A DNA stretch of 31,300 nt from an uncultured Bacilli bacterium (GCA_947632065.1 CANRNO010000010.1:1-31300); one strand, 5' to 3'; positions 1 through 8,614 are shown, counted from the stretch's first letter. A program made the numbers and translations. The notes: generated from the letters alone by a model not told the origin.

Positions 1-96
1 AAGTAAAATTATTATACTAATAAATAAATGATTTGCAACTTCATCTATTTACTAATCAGTATTATACGTGTTATAATGAATTTGGGTGGATAGTTT

Positions 97-399
97 ATGA
101 AAAGATTTGTTAAAAGAGATGAGGAGTTTATTTGTGATAAGTGTGGTAGAAAAGTTTTAGAGTTAAATTATACTACAAGAGATCATTGTCCTTATTGCTT
201 ATATTCTAAACATGTAGATATTAATCCTGGAGATAGAAGTAATACTTGTTTAGGACTTTTAAGACCTATTGGAGTTGAAAAATATAAAGATACTTTTAAA
301 ATTATTTATAAATGTGATAAGTGTGGAGAAATTCATAAGAATATAATTGCGAAAGATGATGATATGAATAAAATTATTGAAATTTCTGTTAATAATTAA
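97..399 (+). CDS. RNHCP-domain zinc-ribbon protein
   Basis: 100-aa ORF with two CDKCG pairs and a TRDHCPYCLYSKHVD motif typical of the RNHCP domain. GGGTGGA SD lies upstream of the ATG. Extended -10 TGtTATAAT at 69-77. Confidence 0.7.
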   Translation: MKRFVKRDEEFICDKCGRKVLELNYTTRDHCPYCLYSKHVDINPGDRSNTCLGLLRPIGVEKYKDTFKIIYKCDKCGEIHKNIIAKDDDMNKIIEISVNN

Positions 400-429
400 T
401 ATAATATTATTGAGCAAGTTGTTAAAAAC

Positions 430-458
430 TTGTATTTTTAATGATTTTATGGTATAAT
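430..458 (+). promoter_or_regulatory. sigma-A type promoter (TTGTAT -17- TATAAT with TG extension)
   Basis: TTGTAT at 430-435, TGgTATAAT at 450-458, 17-nt spacer. Located upstream of the surface-protein gene. Confidence 0.55.
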
Positions 459-484
459 ATAAGCCATTAAGGAGGGATATGGTT

Positions 485-1759
485 ATGAATAAGAATTTAA
501 AGAAGTTATTGTTAATTGTCTTAGTAGGAATTTTTGCATTTTCTGCATTAAATGTAAGTGCTGCATTTAGTGGTAAAGAGGAAACTACTCGTATTGGGTA
601 TGATATTACACAATTAAATGTATTTATATTTAATGATACAGGAATGACTCAAACTCAAAAAGAAGCTACTGATGGAAATATTAAAAGATTTGAGGTTTCT
701 GGAATTAATTTAAATCCAGTTACTGAAGTTAAAGATGTAGATGGTTACTCTTTAGTTTCTGTTAAACTTAATGCTGATGGTGGTCTTGCTAGATTAAAAG
801 AGACTGCAGAAAATATTGCAAGTACTAACAAGGATTCATTAAGTGGTGGAAGTAATGGAAAATATCTTATTACTTTCTCAGTAAAATATAAACTTGATTT
901 ACCTGAAGGTATTGCTTCTGTTTATGATAGTGATTATGCTAATGTATTTAGTGGAGATCAAAAATTACTAAAAGAAGAAACTCAAGCTAATGCTGGTGCT
1001 GGTTTAGATCAAATGATAATTGCTGGTGTTTATGATTCAAATACTGATACAGTTGATTGGTCTAATCAAGCACAATATACATATCATACTGAAGTTGGAG
1101 ATCATATATTTACATCACGTTCTAATTTAATGCCTGATTTTGATCAATATTTAATATTTGAAAATGTTAAAAAACCTGGGGATCAAGAAATTGGAGATCA
1201 AGCTACATATTCTATGAAATCTAATTATGGTGAAACATATAGATTTATGATGTATGAAAGTGAATTAGGTTCACCAATTCAAGATGAACCAGCAACTGAT
1301 GATCCTTCAGAAAGTCAACCTGGTCAAGATGATCCTGAAATTGTAGATCCTACACCAACTAATCCATCTAATCCAGATGATAGTAAAGATGATAATATTG
1401 ATGATAATAAACCAAGCGATGATGAAAACGATAAGGATAAACCTGAAATTGTAGATCCTGCTCCAAGTGATCCTAGCGATGATGAAGATAATAATAACAA
1501 TGATGTAGTTATTCCAAATGATGATAATAACAATAATGACAATAACAATGATTCTAATTCTGCTGGAACAGGAGATACAGTTGTAACTACTACTTCTTCT
1601 ACTACTAATGGTAATAGTGGTAAAAGTAGTACTGGTCAAACAGTAAGTGTTCCAAACACTGGTGCTAATAGTAATGTAAATATAACTTTATTTGGTATAT
1701 TATTACTTGCTAGTGGATGTGGAATTGTAATGTTAACTAAAAAAGAAAATTCAATTTAG
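485..1759 (+). CDS. Cell-wall-anchored surface protein with VPNTG sorting signal and a D/N/P-rich linker
   Basis: Signal peptide MNKNLKKLLLIVLVGIFAFSALNVSA. C-terminal VPNTG (1649-1663) followed by a hydrophobic stretch and a KKENSI tail. The ORF track starts at 479, but AAGGAGG (469-475) is only 3 nt from that ATG and 9 nt from the ATG at 485. Paralog of 4760-5716. Confidence 0.75.
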   Translation: MNKNLKKLLLIVLVGIFAFSALNVSAAFSGKEETTRIGYDITQLNVFIFNDTGMTQTQKEATDGNIKRFEVSGINLNPVTEVKDVDGYSLVSVKLNADGGLARLKETAENIASTNKDSLSGGSNGKYLITFSVKYKLDLPEGIASVYDSDYANVFSGDQKLLKEETQANAGAGLDQMIIAGVYDSNTDTVDWSNQAQYTYHTEVGDHIFTSRSNLMPDFDQYLIFENVKKPGDQEIGDQATYSMKSNYGETYRFMMYESELGSPIQDEPATDDPSESQPGQDDPEIVDPTPTNPSNPDDSKDDNIDDNKPSDDENDKDKPEIVDPAPSDPSDDEDNNNNDVVIPNDDNNNNDNNNDSNSAGTGDTVVTTTSSTTNGNSGKSSTGQTVSVPNTGANSNVNITLFGILLLASGCGIVMLTKKENSI

Positions 1760-1775
1760 AATTTCCTTTTTTTTG
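1741..1775. terminator. AT-rich hairpin between convergent genes (possible bidirectional terminator)
   Basis: aaaagaaaattc (1741-1752) pairs with gaatttcctttt (1759-1770), 12 bp with one mismatch and a 6-nt loop, followed by a T-run. The stem is weak and all-AT-rich. Confidence 0.35.
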
Positions 1776-1777
1776 TT

Positions 1778-2128
1778 TTAATTTTTTGGTTTGAATATAA
1801 CTGCAAATATAAATGAAAAAATTATTGCAGAGGTTATTCCTGATGCTGTTAGATCAAACATTCCCATTACTATACCTAATGGTCCCATTGTTGATGCTTT
1901 AGCAAGTGCTCCATGAATTAATAGATGTCCAAAACTTGTTATAGGAACCATTGCCCCTCCACCTACTACTTCTACTATTTTGTCATATATACTAAAAGTA
2001 TCTAAAGCACTTCCTATTACTACAAAAATACTTGTTATATGTCCTGGTGTTAATTTTGTATTATCAAGAATAATTTGAGCAAGAGCACATATTGCACCCG
2101 CAAATAAAAATGAATTAATTAATAACAT
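1778..2128 (-). CDS. spoVAE: Stage V sporulation protein AE (SpoVAEB-type membrane protein)
   Basis: 116 aa with LTPGHITS...VPITSFGH...SGITSAIIF..FKPK, matching the SpoVAE family. Overlaps spoVAD by 1 nt. Confidence 0.9.
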   Translation of the reverse strand: MLLINSFLFAGAICALAQIILDNTKLTPGHITSIFVVIGSALDTFSIYDKIVEVVGGGAMVPITSFGHLLIHGALAKASTMGPLGIVMGMFDLTASGITSAIIFSFIFAVIFKPKN

Positions 2129-3123
2129 TATTTAGCCTCCAAACTTACTGCATGAGCAATACTTAAAATGTTTTCTTTTTGGAATACTGAAGTTGGTGAA
2201 AACAATGCTCCTGTTGTAATTAAAAGAACTCTTTTTAATTTCTTTTCTTTTAATAATTTATAAACATAACTATAATTTACTAGAGCACTACATACTGGTC
2301 CACTTCCTCCTGCCATTACTTCTGTTTGATTTTCTAAATCATAAAGCATTACTCCACAATCGTTATAATTTTTTGTTGTTAGTTTTATTTTATATTCTTC
2401 TTTTAAATAATCTGTTAAAATTTGTTTACCAAAGTATCCTAAATCTCCTGTTAAAATTAAATCATAATCATCTATAGTTCTATTTAAATCATTTAGATGT
2501 GTTATTAGAGTATCTGCAGCTGCTGGTGCCATGACTGCTCCCATATTATTTGGATCAGTTTGTGCAAAATCTACTATTCTTCCAATGGTTGCACTTTCTA
2601 CTTTAATATCACTTTTTTTATTTGTAAGAAGAATAGATGCTCCACCTGTTGAAGTAAAGGTTGCAGTTTTAGGCTTTGGTCCTCCATATTCTGTTGGATT
2701 TCTAAATTGTTTTTCACTTGTCATATTATGTGAACTAGTAGAAGATATACAATTATTTATTTTTTTACCATCTATTAAACAAGATCCTATTATTACTCCT
2801 TCCATACTGGTTGCACAGGCATTATAAAGACCTAAAAATGGTGTATTCATCCAACTTGATGCGTATGTTGATGAGGTAATTTGATTATTTAAGTCGCCTG
2901 ATAAAACTAATTCTATATCATCTTTTGTTAGATTTGTTTTTTTAAGTAAAATTTGAATACTATCTTTTAACATTCTTACTTCTGCTTTTTCTATAGTTTT
3001 CTCATTACAATATAAATCATCATATTTTTTATCAAAGTATTTTTTTAATGGTCCATTTGCTTCATATGTATTGGTAACTGTAGCAGTATTTTCAACATAA
3101 ACATTATTAAACTTAAAGGTCAT
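2128..3123 (-). CDS. spoVAD: Stage V sporulation protein AD (thiolase-fold DPA-binding protein)
   Basis: 331 aa of the right size, sitting between spoVAC and spoVAE. Thiolase-like motifs are present (NACATS, GGSGPVCSA). Confidence 0.9.
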   Translation of the reverse strand: MTFKFNNVYVENTATVTNTYEANGPLKKYFDKKYDDLYCNEKTIEKAEVRMLKDSIQILLKKTNLTKDDIELVLSGDLNNQITSSTYASSWMNTPFLGLYNACATSMEGVIIGSCLIDGKKINNCISSTSSHNMTSEKQFRNPTEYGGPKPKTATFTSTGGASILLTNKKSDIKVESATIGRIVDFAQTDPNNMGAVMAPAAADTLITHLNDLNRTIDDYDLILTGDLGYFGKQILTDYLKEEYKIKLTTKNYNDCGVMLYDLENQTEVMAGGSGPVCSALVNYSYVYKLLKEKKLKRVLLITTGALFSPTSVFQKENILSIAHAVSLEAK

Positions 3124-3127
3124 TTTA

Positions 3128-3565
3128 TCACTCTCCTATTAATAGTCTAATCATTCCAAAAAACCATGCTGATACTATTCCATATATAATAACAGTTCCA
3201 GCAAGTTTAAACATATTAGCACCTATTCCTGTTACTAATCCTTCTTTTCTATAATCAAGTGCAGCACTTGTCATTGAATGTGCAAAACCTGTTATGGGAA
3301 TTAAAAGACCACATCTTGCATAATTTACTAATTTATCAAAAAATCCTAAGGCTGTACATAAAGATGCAATAAATATTAAAGTAATCATCATATAAGAAGA
3401 AGCTTCACTTCTAGAAATGTGAAATTTATAACAAAATAACTCTATTAATCCTTCTCCTATTACTCCAATTAATCCACCTATTAAAAATGCCATAAAAGCA
3501 TTTAAAGTACGATTTTCATTTGCTTTATACTTATTTACTATTTTTTCGTATTTTTCATTTTTCAT
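3128..3565 (-). CDS. spoVAC: Stage V sporulation protein AC
   Basis: Membrane protein with AFLIGGLIGVIGEG and PITGFAHSM motifs. I prefer the start at MKNEKYE (ATG 3565) because it has a GGTGA SD. The track start at 3613 lies inside the upstream terminator hairpin. Confidence 0.88.
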   Translation of the reverse strand: MKNEKYEKIVNKYKANENRTLNAFMAFLIGGLIGVIGEGLIELFCYKFHISRSEASSYMMITLIFIASLCTALGFFDKLVNYARCGLLIPITGFAHSMTSAALDYRKEGLVTGIGANMFKLAGTVIIYGIVSAWFFGMIRLLIGE

Positions 3566-3579
3566 ATAATCACCAGTAT

Positions 3580-3608
3580 TATTATGAAATAAATAAAAAA
3601 AAATATTC
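3580..3608 (-). promoter_or_regulatory. Possible forespore (sigma-G/F type) promoter GAATA-17-CATAATA
   Basis: On the minus strand, GAATA (3608-3604), a 17-nt spacer, then CATAATA (3586-3580). This fits the GHATR-N17/18-CATxxTA consensus. The predicted transcription start would fall almost on the SD, so confidence is low. Confidence 0.3.
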
Positions 3609-3625
3609 CACAATTTTGTGGAATA
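3591..3625 (-). terminator. Rho-independent terminator after sigF
   Basis: Stem tattccaca / tgtggaata (3604-3625) with a 4-nt loop, followed on the minus strand by a long T-run (plus-strand A-run 3591-3603). Confidence 0.7.
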
Positions 3626-3646
3626 CTTTAATTATAAGTTTTTTTA

Positions 3647-4291
3647 CTAAAGTCTTGTTTTTAATTTTTGAAGAATCTTTTTTTCTTTTCTTGATACTTG
3701 AACTTGATTCATTCCTAAGCTATCAGATATCTCACTTTGTGTTAGATCTTTATAATATCTATCATAAATAATAGATTTTTCTTCATTTGATAGTTTATTT
3801 AACTCTACTTTTAAATCTATAATATCACTATTTAAATTTTTATCTTCTGTTTTTATATAGTTATATAAATTCATTGATGATTCTTCTTGATTATTATCTA
3901 AACTTTCTATTGGACTTGAAATAACTTTAGCCTCTTCTATTAGTTTTTCATCTATTTCTAAGAAGTTTGATAATTCTTTATCTGTAGGTATTCTTTGTAA
4001 TTTTTGACTTAGTACTTCTCTTGCTTTTTCTAATGATTTATTTAACTTCAATAATTCTTTATTTACTTTTATACCACTATTTTCTCTTATATATGAACAT
4101 ACTTCTCCTTTAATATAGAAATATGCAAAAGTAGAAAATTTTGTATCATAATTTTTATTATATTTTGTATATGCTTTAGCGAGCCCTAACATACCTGCTT
4201 GATATAAGTCTTCTTTATCATAATAATTTATATATCTTTTTATAATATCATATACTAATCTTTCATAATCTAATATGCTGTTCATTATCAT
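3647..4291 (-). CDS. sigF: Sporulation sigma factor, sigma-F-like (SigB/F/G family)
   Basis: 214 aa. Region 4 RYYKDLTQSEISDSLGMNQVQVSRKEKKILQKLK is nearly identical in pattern to B. subtilis SigF. Region 2 has FSTFAYFYIKGEV. The gene sits between a STAS gene and the spoVA genes, as in the canonical spoIIA-spoVA synteny. Confidence 0.8.
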   Translation of the reverse strand: MIMNSILDYERLVYDIIKRYINYYDKEDLYQAGMLGLAKAYTKYNKNYDTKFSTFAYFYIKGEVCSYIRENSGIKVNKELLKLNKSLEKAREVLSQKLQRIPTDKELSNFLEIDEKLIEEAKVISSPIESLDNNQEESSMNLYNYIKTEDKNLNSDIIDLKVELNKLSNEEKSIIYDRYYKDLTQSEISDSLGMNQVQVSRKEKKILQKLKTRL

Positions 4292-4300
4292 TATCCTCTC

Positions 4301-4639
4301 TTATATATGTAAATAGTTAAATGCTTCTATTTCATTTGTTATAAATTTTAAATTATCATTTCCACAATCTATTTTTTTAATATCTTCTTTGTTTAAACCA
4401 CATAAAACAACTTTTCCACTAGTAAGACATATTTCAATTAATTTATTTTGAATTTCTGATAATAGTTTTTTATTTTTTATTTCTAAATCATCAAAATTCA
4501 GGACAAAGTAATTCATTCCTTGATTATATAATAAATAATTTATTTCTTTAGAAAATTCACAAAAGTTTTTCTTATCTAGTGTTCCTTGTAAAGTAATAAA
4601 AAGTATTCCTTTATTTACTTTAGTAATTATTTTAAACAT
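4301..4639 (-). CDS. STAS-domain anti-sigma-factor antagonist-like protein (SpoIIAA-like, lacks DSSG phospho-site)
   Basis: 112 aa that aligns by eye with SpoIIAA (VLNFDDLE.., VVLCGLNKEDIKK). It lies immediately upstream of sigF. GGAGGAAAT SD present. Confidence 0.6.
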   Translation of the reverse strand: MFKIITKVNKGILFITLQGTLDKKNFCEFSKEINYLLYNQGMNYFVLNFDDLEIKNKKLLSEIQNKLIEICLTSGKVVLCGLNKEDIKKIDCGNDNLKFITNEIEAFNYLHI

Positions 4640-4692
4640 AATTTCCTCCTTGCATTATCAATATAGAATAAAAATAAAATAATTTATACCTT

Positions 4693-4699
4693 TTCGACA
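4693..4699 (-). promoter_or_regulatory. Spo0A box (TGTCGAA) upstream of the STAS-sigF operon
   Basis: Minus strand reads TTTGTCGAAAAGG, a perfect 7-mer 0A box about 55 nt upstream of the ATG at 4639. Confidence 0.5.
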
Positions 4700-4734
4700 A
4701 AGAATTACAAAAGTTTTAAAAGTCATTTTTCTAC

Positions 4735-4761
4735 AAAAAAAGATTACGAAATTCGTAATCT
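4735..4761 (-). terminator. Rho-independent terminator of the 4760-5716 gene
   Basis: agattacga / tcgtaatct, a 9-bp perfect stem (4741-4761) with a 3-nt loop, followed by a T-run on the minus strand (4735-4740). Confidence 0.75.
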
Positions 4762-5716
4762 AATTTTCTCTTTTCTTTTTTAATTGTAATAATATTATTG
4801 CACTTCCTATCATTAAGATAGAAGATCCAAATAATAATCTTGCAGTGTCATTGGATGCGGTATTTGGTACGTTTATTTTTTGAGCACTTACGTAAGTTTT
4901 TTCTGCTTGTTGTTCTGTTGATTGACTATCATCATTTAAATCAACATCTTCTAAGAAGAAAGGACTTTCTTCTAGATTTGAAATGTCATGCATCATAAAT
5001 CTATATGTTTCTAATCCAGCAGTAATATTTTCATTTTGAAATAACATATATTCATCGAATAATGGTATTTCTAATCCTCTAGAAGTTGCGACTTTAGTAC
5101 TATCATATGTCATTGTAGCACCTTCTGTATCAGAAAAACTTTGTTGCGTTTTATTATAAATTTCTGTATATATCATTTGTTGTAATCCAGGATCACTATT
5201 AGCATCTGTAACATCACTTGGTTCTTGTTCTGTATTAAATACATTTTTGTAATCATAATCACCTATGTGAGTTGTACCATTTGGTAAAGTTTTTAATTTA
5301 TATATTACTGATATAGAACAAAAATAATTTTCTCCTGTTCCACCTGAAAGGCTATCTTTTAGTGCTGTTACTTTTTCTTCTAGTACTTTCTTTAATTGTG
5401 CTTTTCCACCTTCTACATTTAGTTTTACTGTAATAAGTTGTTGTCCTTTTTTCATTGTATATATTTCTGCAGGACTTGGATTTATGGTAATATCATTATC
5501 TATACTTTCTTCCCATAACTTACTATTATCTGCTGATGACTTAAAATCTTTTAATCCTTCATCATTACGTACGAATACACGTATTCCTTCAATTGAATAT
5601 TCTAGTCCTGTTTGTGTATCTTTTCCTGTTCCATTTTTAACTTCTGCTTTGACATTAATTGCAAAAGTAGAAATTAATACTGCTACTATTAATAGTATGT
5701 TTTTAATTTTTTTCAT
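4760..5716 (-). CDS. Cell-wall-anchored surface protein with VPNTA sorting signal (paralog of 485-1759)
   Basis: Signal peptide MKKIKNILLIVAVLISTFAINVKA. Blocks shared with the paralog include SLSGG..Y..S..YKL and ETYRFMM. VPNTA (4856-4870) is followed by a TM segment and KKKREN. Start placed at 5716 (AAGGAG SD), because the track start at 5791 lies inside the promoter. Confidence 0.75.
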   Translation of the reverse strand: MKKIKNILLIVAVLISTFAINVKAEVKNGTGKDTQTGLEYSIEGIRVFVRNDEGLKDFKSSADNSKLWEESIDNDITINPSPAEIYTMKKGQQLITVKLNVEGGKAQLKKVLEEKVTALKDSLSGGTGENYFCSISVIYKLKTLPNGTTHIGDYDYKNVFNTEQEPSDVTDANSDPGLQQMIYTEIYNKTQQSFSDTEGATMTYDSTKVATSRGLEIPLFDEYMLFQNENITAGLETYRFMMHDISNLEESPFFLEDVDLNDDSQSTEQQAEKTYVSAQKINVPNTASNDTARLLFGSSILMIGSAIILLQLKKKREN

Positions 5717-5762
5717 TTTTTTATTCTCCTTTTTAATTATATTATGGTCTACTATTATCTTG

Positions 5763-5791
5763 ATTATAAGGCAGAATAGCAATTTATTCAA
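5763..5791 (-). promoter_or_regulatory. sigma-A type promoter TTGAAT-17-TATAAT
   Basis: Minus strand has TTGAAT (5791-5786), a 17-nt spacer, then TATAAT (5768-5763). Confidence 0.6.
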
Positions 5792-5821
5792 TGTGGATAT
5801 ATTTATTTTACATTTTATTTA

Positions 5822-5845
5822 CAAAAAAAAGCCTCTATGAGGCTT
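5822..5845 (-). terminator. Rho-independent terminator of the 5835-6470 gene
   Basis: aagcctc-tat-gaggctt hairpin enclosing the stop codon, followed on the minus strand by a run of 8-9 T. Confidence 0.65.
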
Positions 5846-6470
5846 CTACTAATACAAGTTTTTTACCTTGATGAACAAATTTTAATGTTGCTTCTTGTGG
5901 ATATCCCATATCTTTATCATTTTTATATTCTAATGTTGCTTTTACAGTATAGGCATCTGAATCTATTTCTTCTCCATAAGTAAATTCTTCTTGTTTTACA
6001 CTTTCTATTTTTACATCTGTAACTGTTGGTAAGGTTTGTTTTCTATTATTATATAAGTCACTTTCTAAGTATTTATATACTGTATCTTCACTTTCTTCTA
6101 GAAAATCTGTTACTGCATCACTATGTACAAAGTCTACTCCTCCAACATCGGTTTTAGCAAGTTTTTCATCTAGAGAATAGTAATCAAGTAAAAACATTCT
6201 GGAAATTAATTTTACATATTTTTTTTCATTTACAGGTTTTTCTTTTAAGACTTCATCTAATTTATAAAATAATTTTTTATATTGCTTACTTTTTGAGTCT
6301 TTTAAAACATATCCATAACCTTTAATTTTATGTTCTACTTTTACTTCTTTTCTTTCTACTGGTTTAAAGAAGAAATAATATACTCCTAAACCTATTCCTA
6401 TAATAAGTATTATAGAAACTATAATTAAAGTTATTTTAACCTTCTTTTTCATCTTTTTTTTCTTTTTCAT
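5835..6470 (-). CDS. Membrane-anchored hypothetical protein
   Basis: 211 aa with a Lys-rich N-terminus, one TM helix and an extracytoplasmic domain. No motif recognised. Abuts ltaS, so probably the same operon. Confidence 0.6.
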   Translation of the reverse strand: MKKKKKMKKKVKITLIIVSIILIIGIGLGVYYFFFKPVERKEVKVEHKIKGYGYVLKDSKSKQYKKLFYKLDEVLKEKPVNEKKYVKLISRMFLLDYYSLDEKLAKTDVGGVDFVHSDAVTDFLEESEDTVYKYLESDLYNNRKQTLPTVTDVKIESVKQEEFTYGEEIDSDAYTVKATLEYKNDKDMGYPQEATLKFVHQGKKLVLVEAS

Positions 6471-6472
6471 AA

Positions 6473-8596
6473 CTATTCTCCTTCATTGCTGAATTTTTCT
6501 TTTTCTTGTTCTTCTTGTTTTTTGAATAAATCAAATACTATTATATCATCTGATACAGCTAGTAGTTTTTCTGTATACTTATTATTCTTTTCGATATAAT
6601 TTTCATCTATTGCTTCTTCTTTTAATGCTAGATATTGTCCTTTTTGACTATTATAATAGATATTATTTGTTACCCAGTTACCATTAGGGAATACTACTAT
6701 GTTATTTTCTTTTATATTAAATATATCGTGTCCTAGAGCATATTTATTTGAGAATCCTAACATATTTCCTAAAGTAGGCATTACATCATACATACCCATA
6801 ACATTAGTTATTTCTTGATTTAATTTTGTACCTTTCATATCAGGTGTCCAGATAATGAATGGTACTTTACGGTTTAATTCATATTGATAATCATCAAAGT
6901 TGAAATATCCTTCATCTTCTTCTGTTTTTACTTTATCTGTTGCGGCATCATAATTATATAATTTATTATAATCTTTTTTAGGAAGTCTTCCATCATGATC
7001 TCCATAAAGAACAAATACTGTATTATCCATTAAACCATTATCTTCTAATGCTTGAATAAATTCTCCTAAAGCTTCATCTGCATAATGGATTGATTTAAAG
7101 TAATTTCCAAGTTTAGTTCCTTCCATGTATGGAGATGGTATATCTTCTCCTGTTTCTTCATCTTTTAGACCACCATTTTTAATATCTACATCATATTCAC
7201 CATATTTTTCAACATCTGAGAATGGTGTATGATTAGTTAGTGTTATTAACAGACCATAGAATGGTTTTCCTTTATTATTTAATTTCTTCATTTTTTCTAT
7301 TGATTGTTTGAAGAATTCTTTATCAGAAATACCAAGACCAATGGTATTTTCTTTTGTTACTTTATAAGTTTCTTTACTATAGAATTTATCATATCCTAAG
7401 TTCTTATGCATAGTACGTCTATTCCAGAAGTCAGCATTATTACCATGCATACTAAATGTATAATATCCTTTATCTTTTAAGAATTGTGGAGTTGCATAAT
7501 ATTTTCTATCAAAATAACTTACAAATACTGTTCCATTTTGTGCTGGCATTAGTGAAGTATTAAATGTGAATTCTGCATCACTACTTGTTCCTACACTAAC
7601 TTGTGAGTAAAAGTTTGAAAAATACATTCCTTCACTTGCAAGTTTATTTAATGTTGGTGTTGTTTCTATATCATTAAACTTTCTATTGATAACATTATTT
7701 TGAATACTTTCTCCATGAATAACAATTACATTTTTACCTTCAAAAATATTTGAATATTCATTTTTTGGTTCTTCTTTTTTATCTTTAAAGTATTCTTTAA
7801 ATTCTTTCATAGCATTATCATATCCAAACATGGAATTTATTTTAGGTTGAAGTGATACGAAAGCATCATTAAATTGATAAATATATATTCCAAATCTCAT
7901 AACTATATATTCACGATTCCATTGTTTAGCAAAACGTCCAACTTCTAGGGATGATAATGTTACAGTGAAAATGACTGCTAGAAGGCATCCTACTACTAAA
8001 GTAGAAAGTGCTTTCTTTTTTCTTTCTTTTTTTAAATCTATTTTATTATAGTAGTGTTTCTTTTTTAATTTATAATGGACAAATATTAAAATAAGAGGTC
8101 CTAAAACATATAATAAATCTTTTAATTCAAATACATTTTCTGTTACTGCATCTCCTACTTCTCCTATATATTGAGTAAGAGATAACATAGAAACTGATGC
8201 AAATGATGTATAGAATGTATAATATATTGAATTTATCATACATATTGCAGTAAAGAAAACATCAAATATGAAATAATATATAAATCTATATTTTGGTTTA
8301 AATAAATAACCAAAGGATCCAACTATAGTTAAGACTGCAACGTCTGCTAAGATAGGTTTAAAAGCTAAATAGTTTTCTGTTGTATGCATAGTAAAAAATC
8401 TAAGCATAGTAGAATTAATTACGCAAGTTATTACAAAAGTAAGAAATAATACATTATTTTTTAGATATTTTTTAATTAAATGTTCTTTTTTTACCACTTT
8501 AAAAAAATGTATAGTTTTCTTTTTTAAATCTACCATAGTTTTTTTTATTTCAAATTTATTATTGTTTTTTTCTTTTTTCTCTTTTCTTAATATCAT
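6473..8596 (-). CDS. ltaS: Lipoteichoic acid synthase family protein (LtaS-type sulfatase)
   Basis: 707 aa with about five N-terminal TM helices plus an extracellular sulfatase-like domain (GTSSDAEF, HTPF, YGDHDG). Confidence 0.85.
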   Translation of the reverse strand: MILRKEKKEKNNNKFEIKKTMVDLKKKTIHFFKVVKKEHLIKKYLKNNVLFLTFVITCVINSTMLRFFTMHTTENYLAFKPILADVAVLTIVGSFGYLFKPKYRFIYYFIFDVFFTAICMINSIYYTFYTSFASVSMLSLTQYIGEVGDAVTENVFELKDLLYVLGPLILIFVHYKLKKKHYYNKIDLKKERKKKALSTLVVGCLLAVIFTVTLSSLEVGRFAKQWNREYIVMRFGIYIYQFNDAFVSLQPKINSMFGYDNAMKEFKEYFKDKKEEPKNEYSNIFEGKNVIVIHGESIQNNVINRKFNDIETTPTLNKLASEGMYFSNFYSQVSVGTSSDAEFTFNTSLMPAQNGTVFVSYFDRKYYATPQFLKDKGYYTFSMHGNNADFWNRRTMHKNLGYDKFYSKETYKVTKENTIGLGISDKEFFKQSIEKMKKLNNKGKPFYGLLITLTNHTPFSDVEKYGEYDVDIKNGGLKDEETGEDIPSPYMEGTKLGNYFKSIHYADEALGEFIQALEDNGLMDNTVFVLYGDHDGRLPKKDYNKLYNYDAATDKVKTEEDEGYFNFDDYQYELNRKVPFIIWTPDMKGTKLNQEITNVMGMYDVMPTLGNMLGFSNKYALGHDIFNIKENNIVVFPNGNWVTNNIYYNSQKGQYLALKEEAIDENYIEKNNKYTEKLLAVSDDIIVFDLFKKQEEQEKEKFSNEGE

Positions 8597-8614
8597 ATTA
8601 ACCTCACATACTAA

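Noticed and set aside
1307-1639. Two antisense ORFs (1307-1639 and 1324-1548, minus strand) opposite the D/N/P-rich linker of the surface protein.
   Set aside because: They are shadow frames of a low-complexity GAT/AAT/CCT-rich coding region. Their products are Ile/Ser/Leu homopolymer-like, and they have no SD or promoter.
3566-3613. N-terminal extensions in the ORF track: spoVAC 3566-3613, surface protein 5717-5791, 12047-12082, GNAT 15349-15399, ligA 21375-21386 and surface protein 25584-25604.
   Set aside because: In each case the downstream ATG has a proper SD at 5-10 nt. The extension overlaps a terminator or promoter, or starts at a non-ATG codon without an SD.
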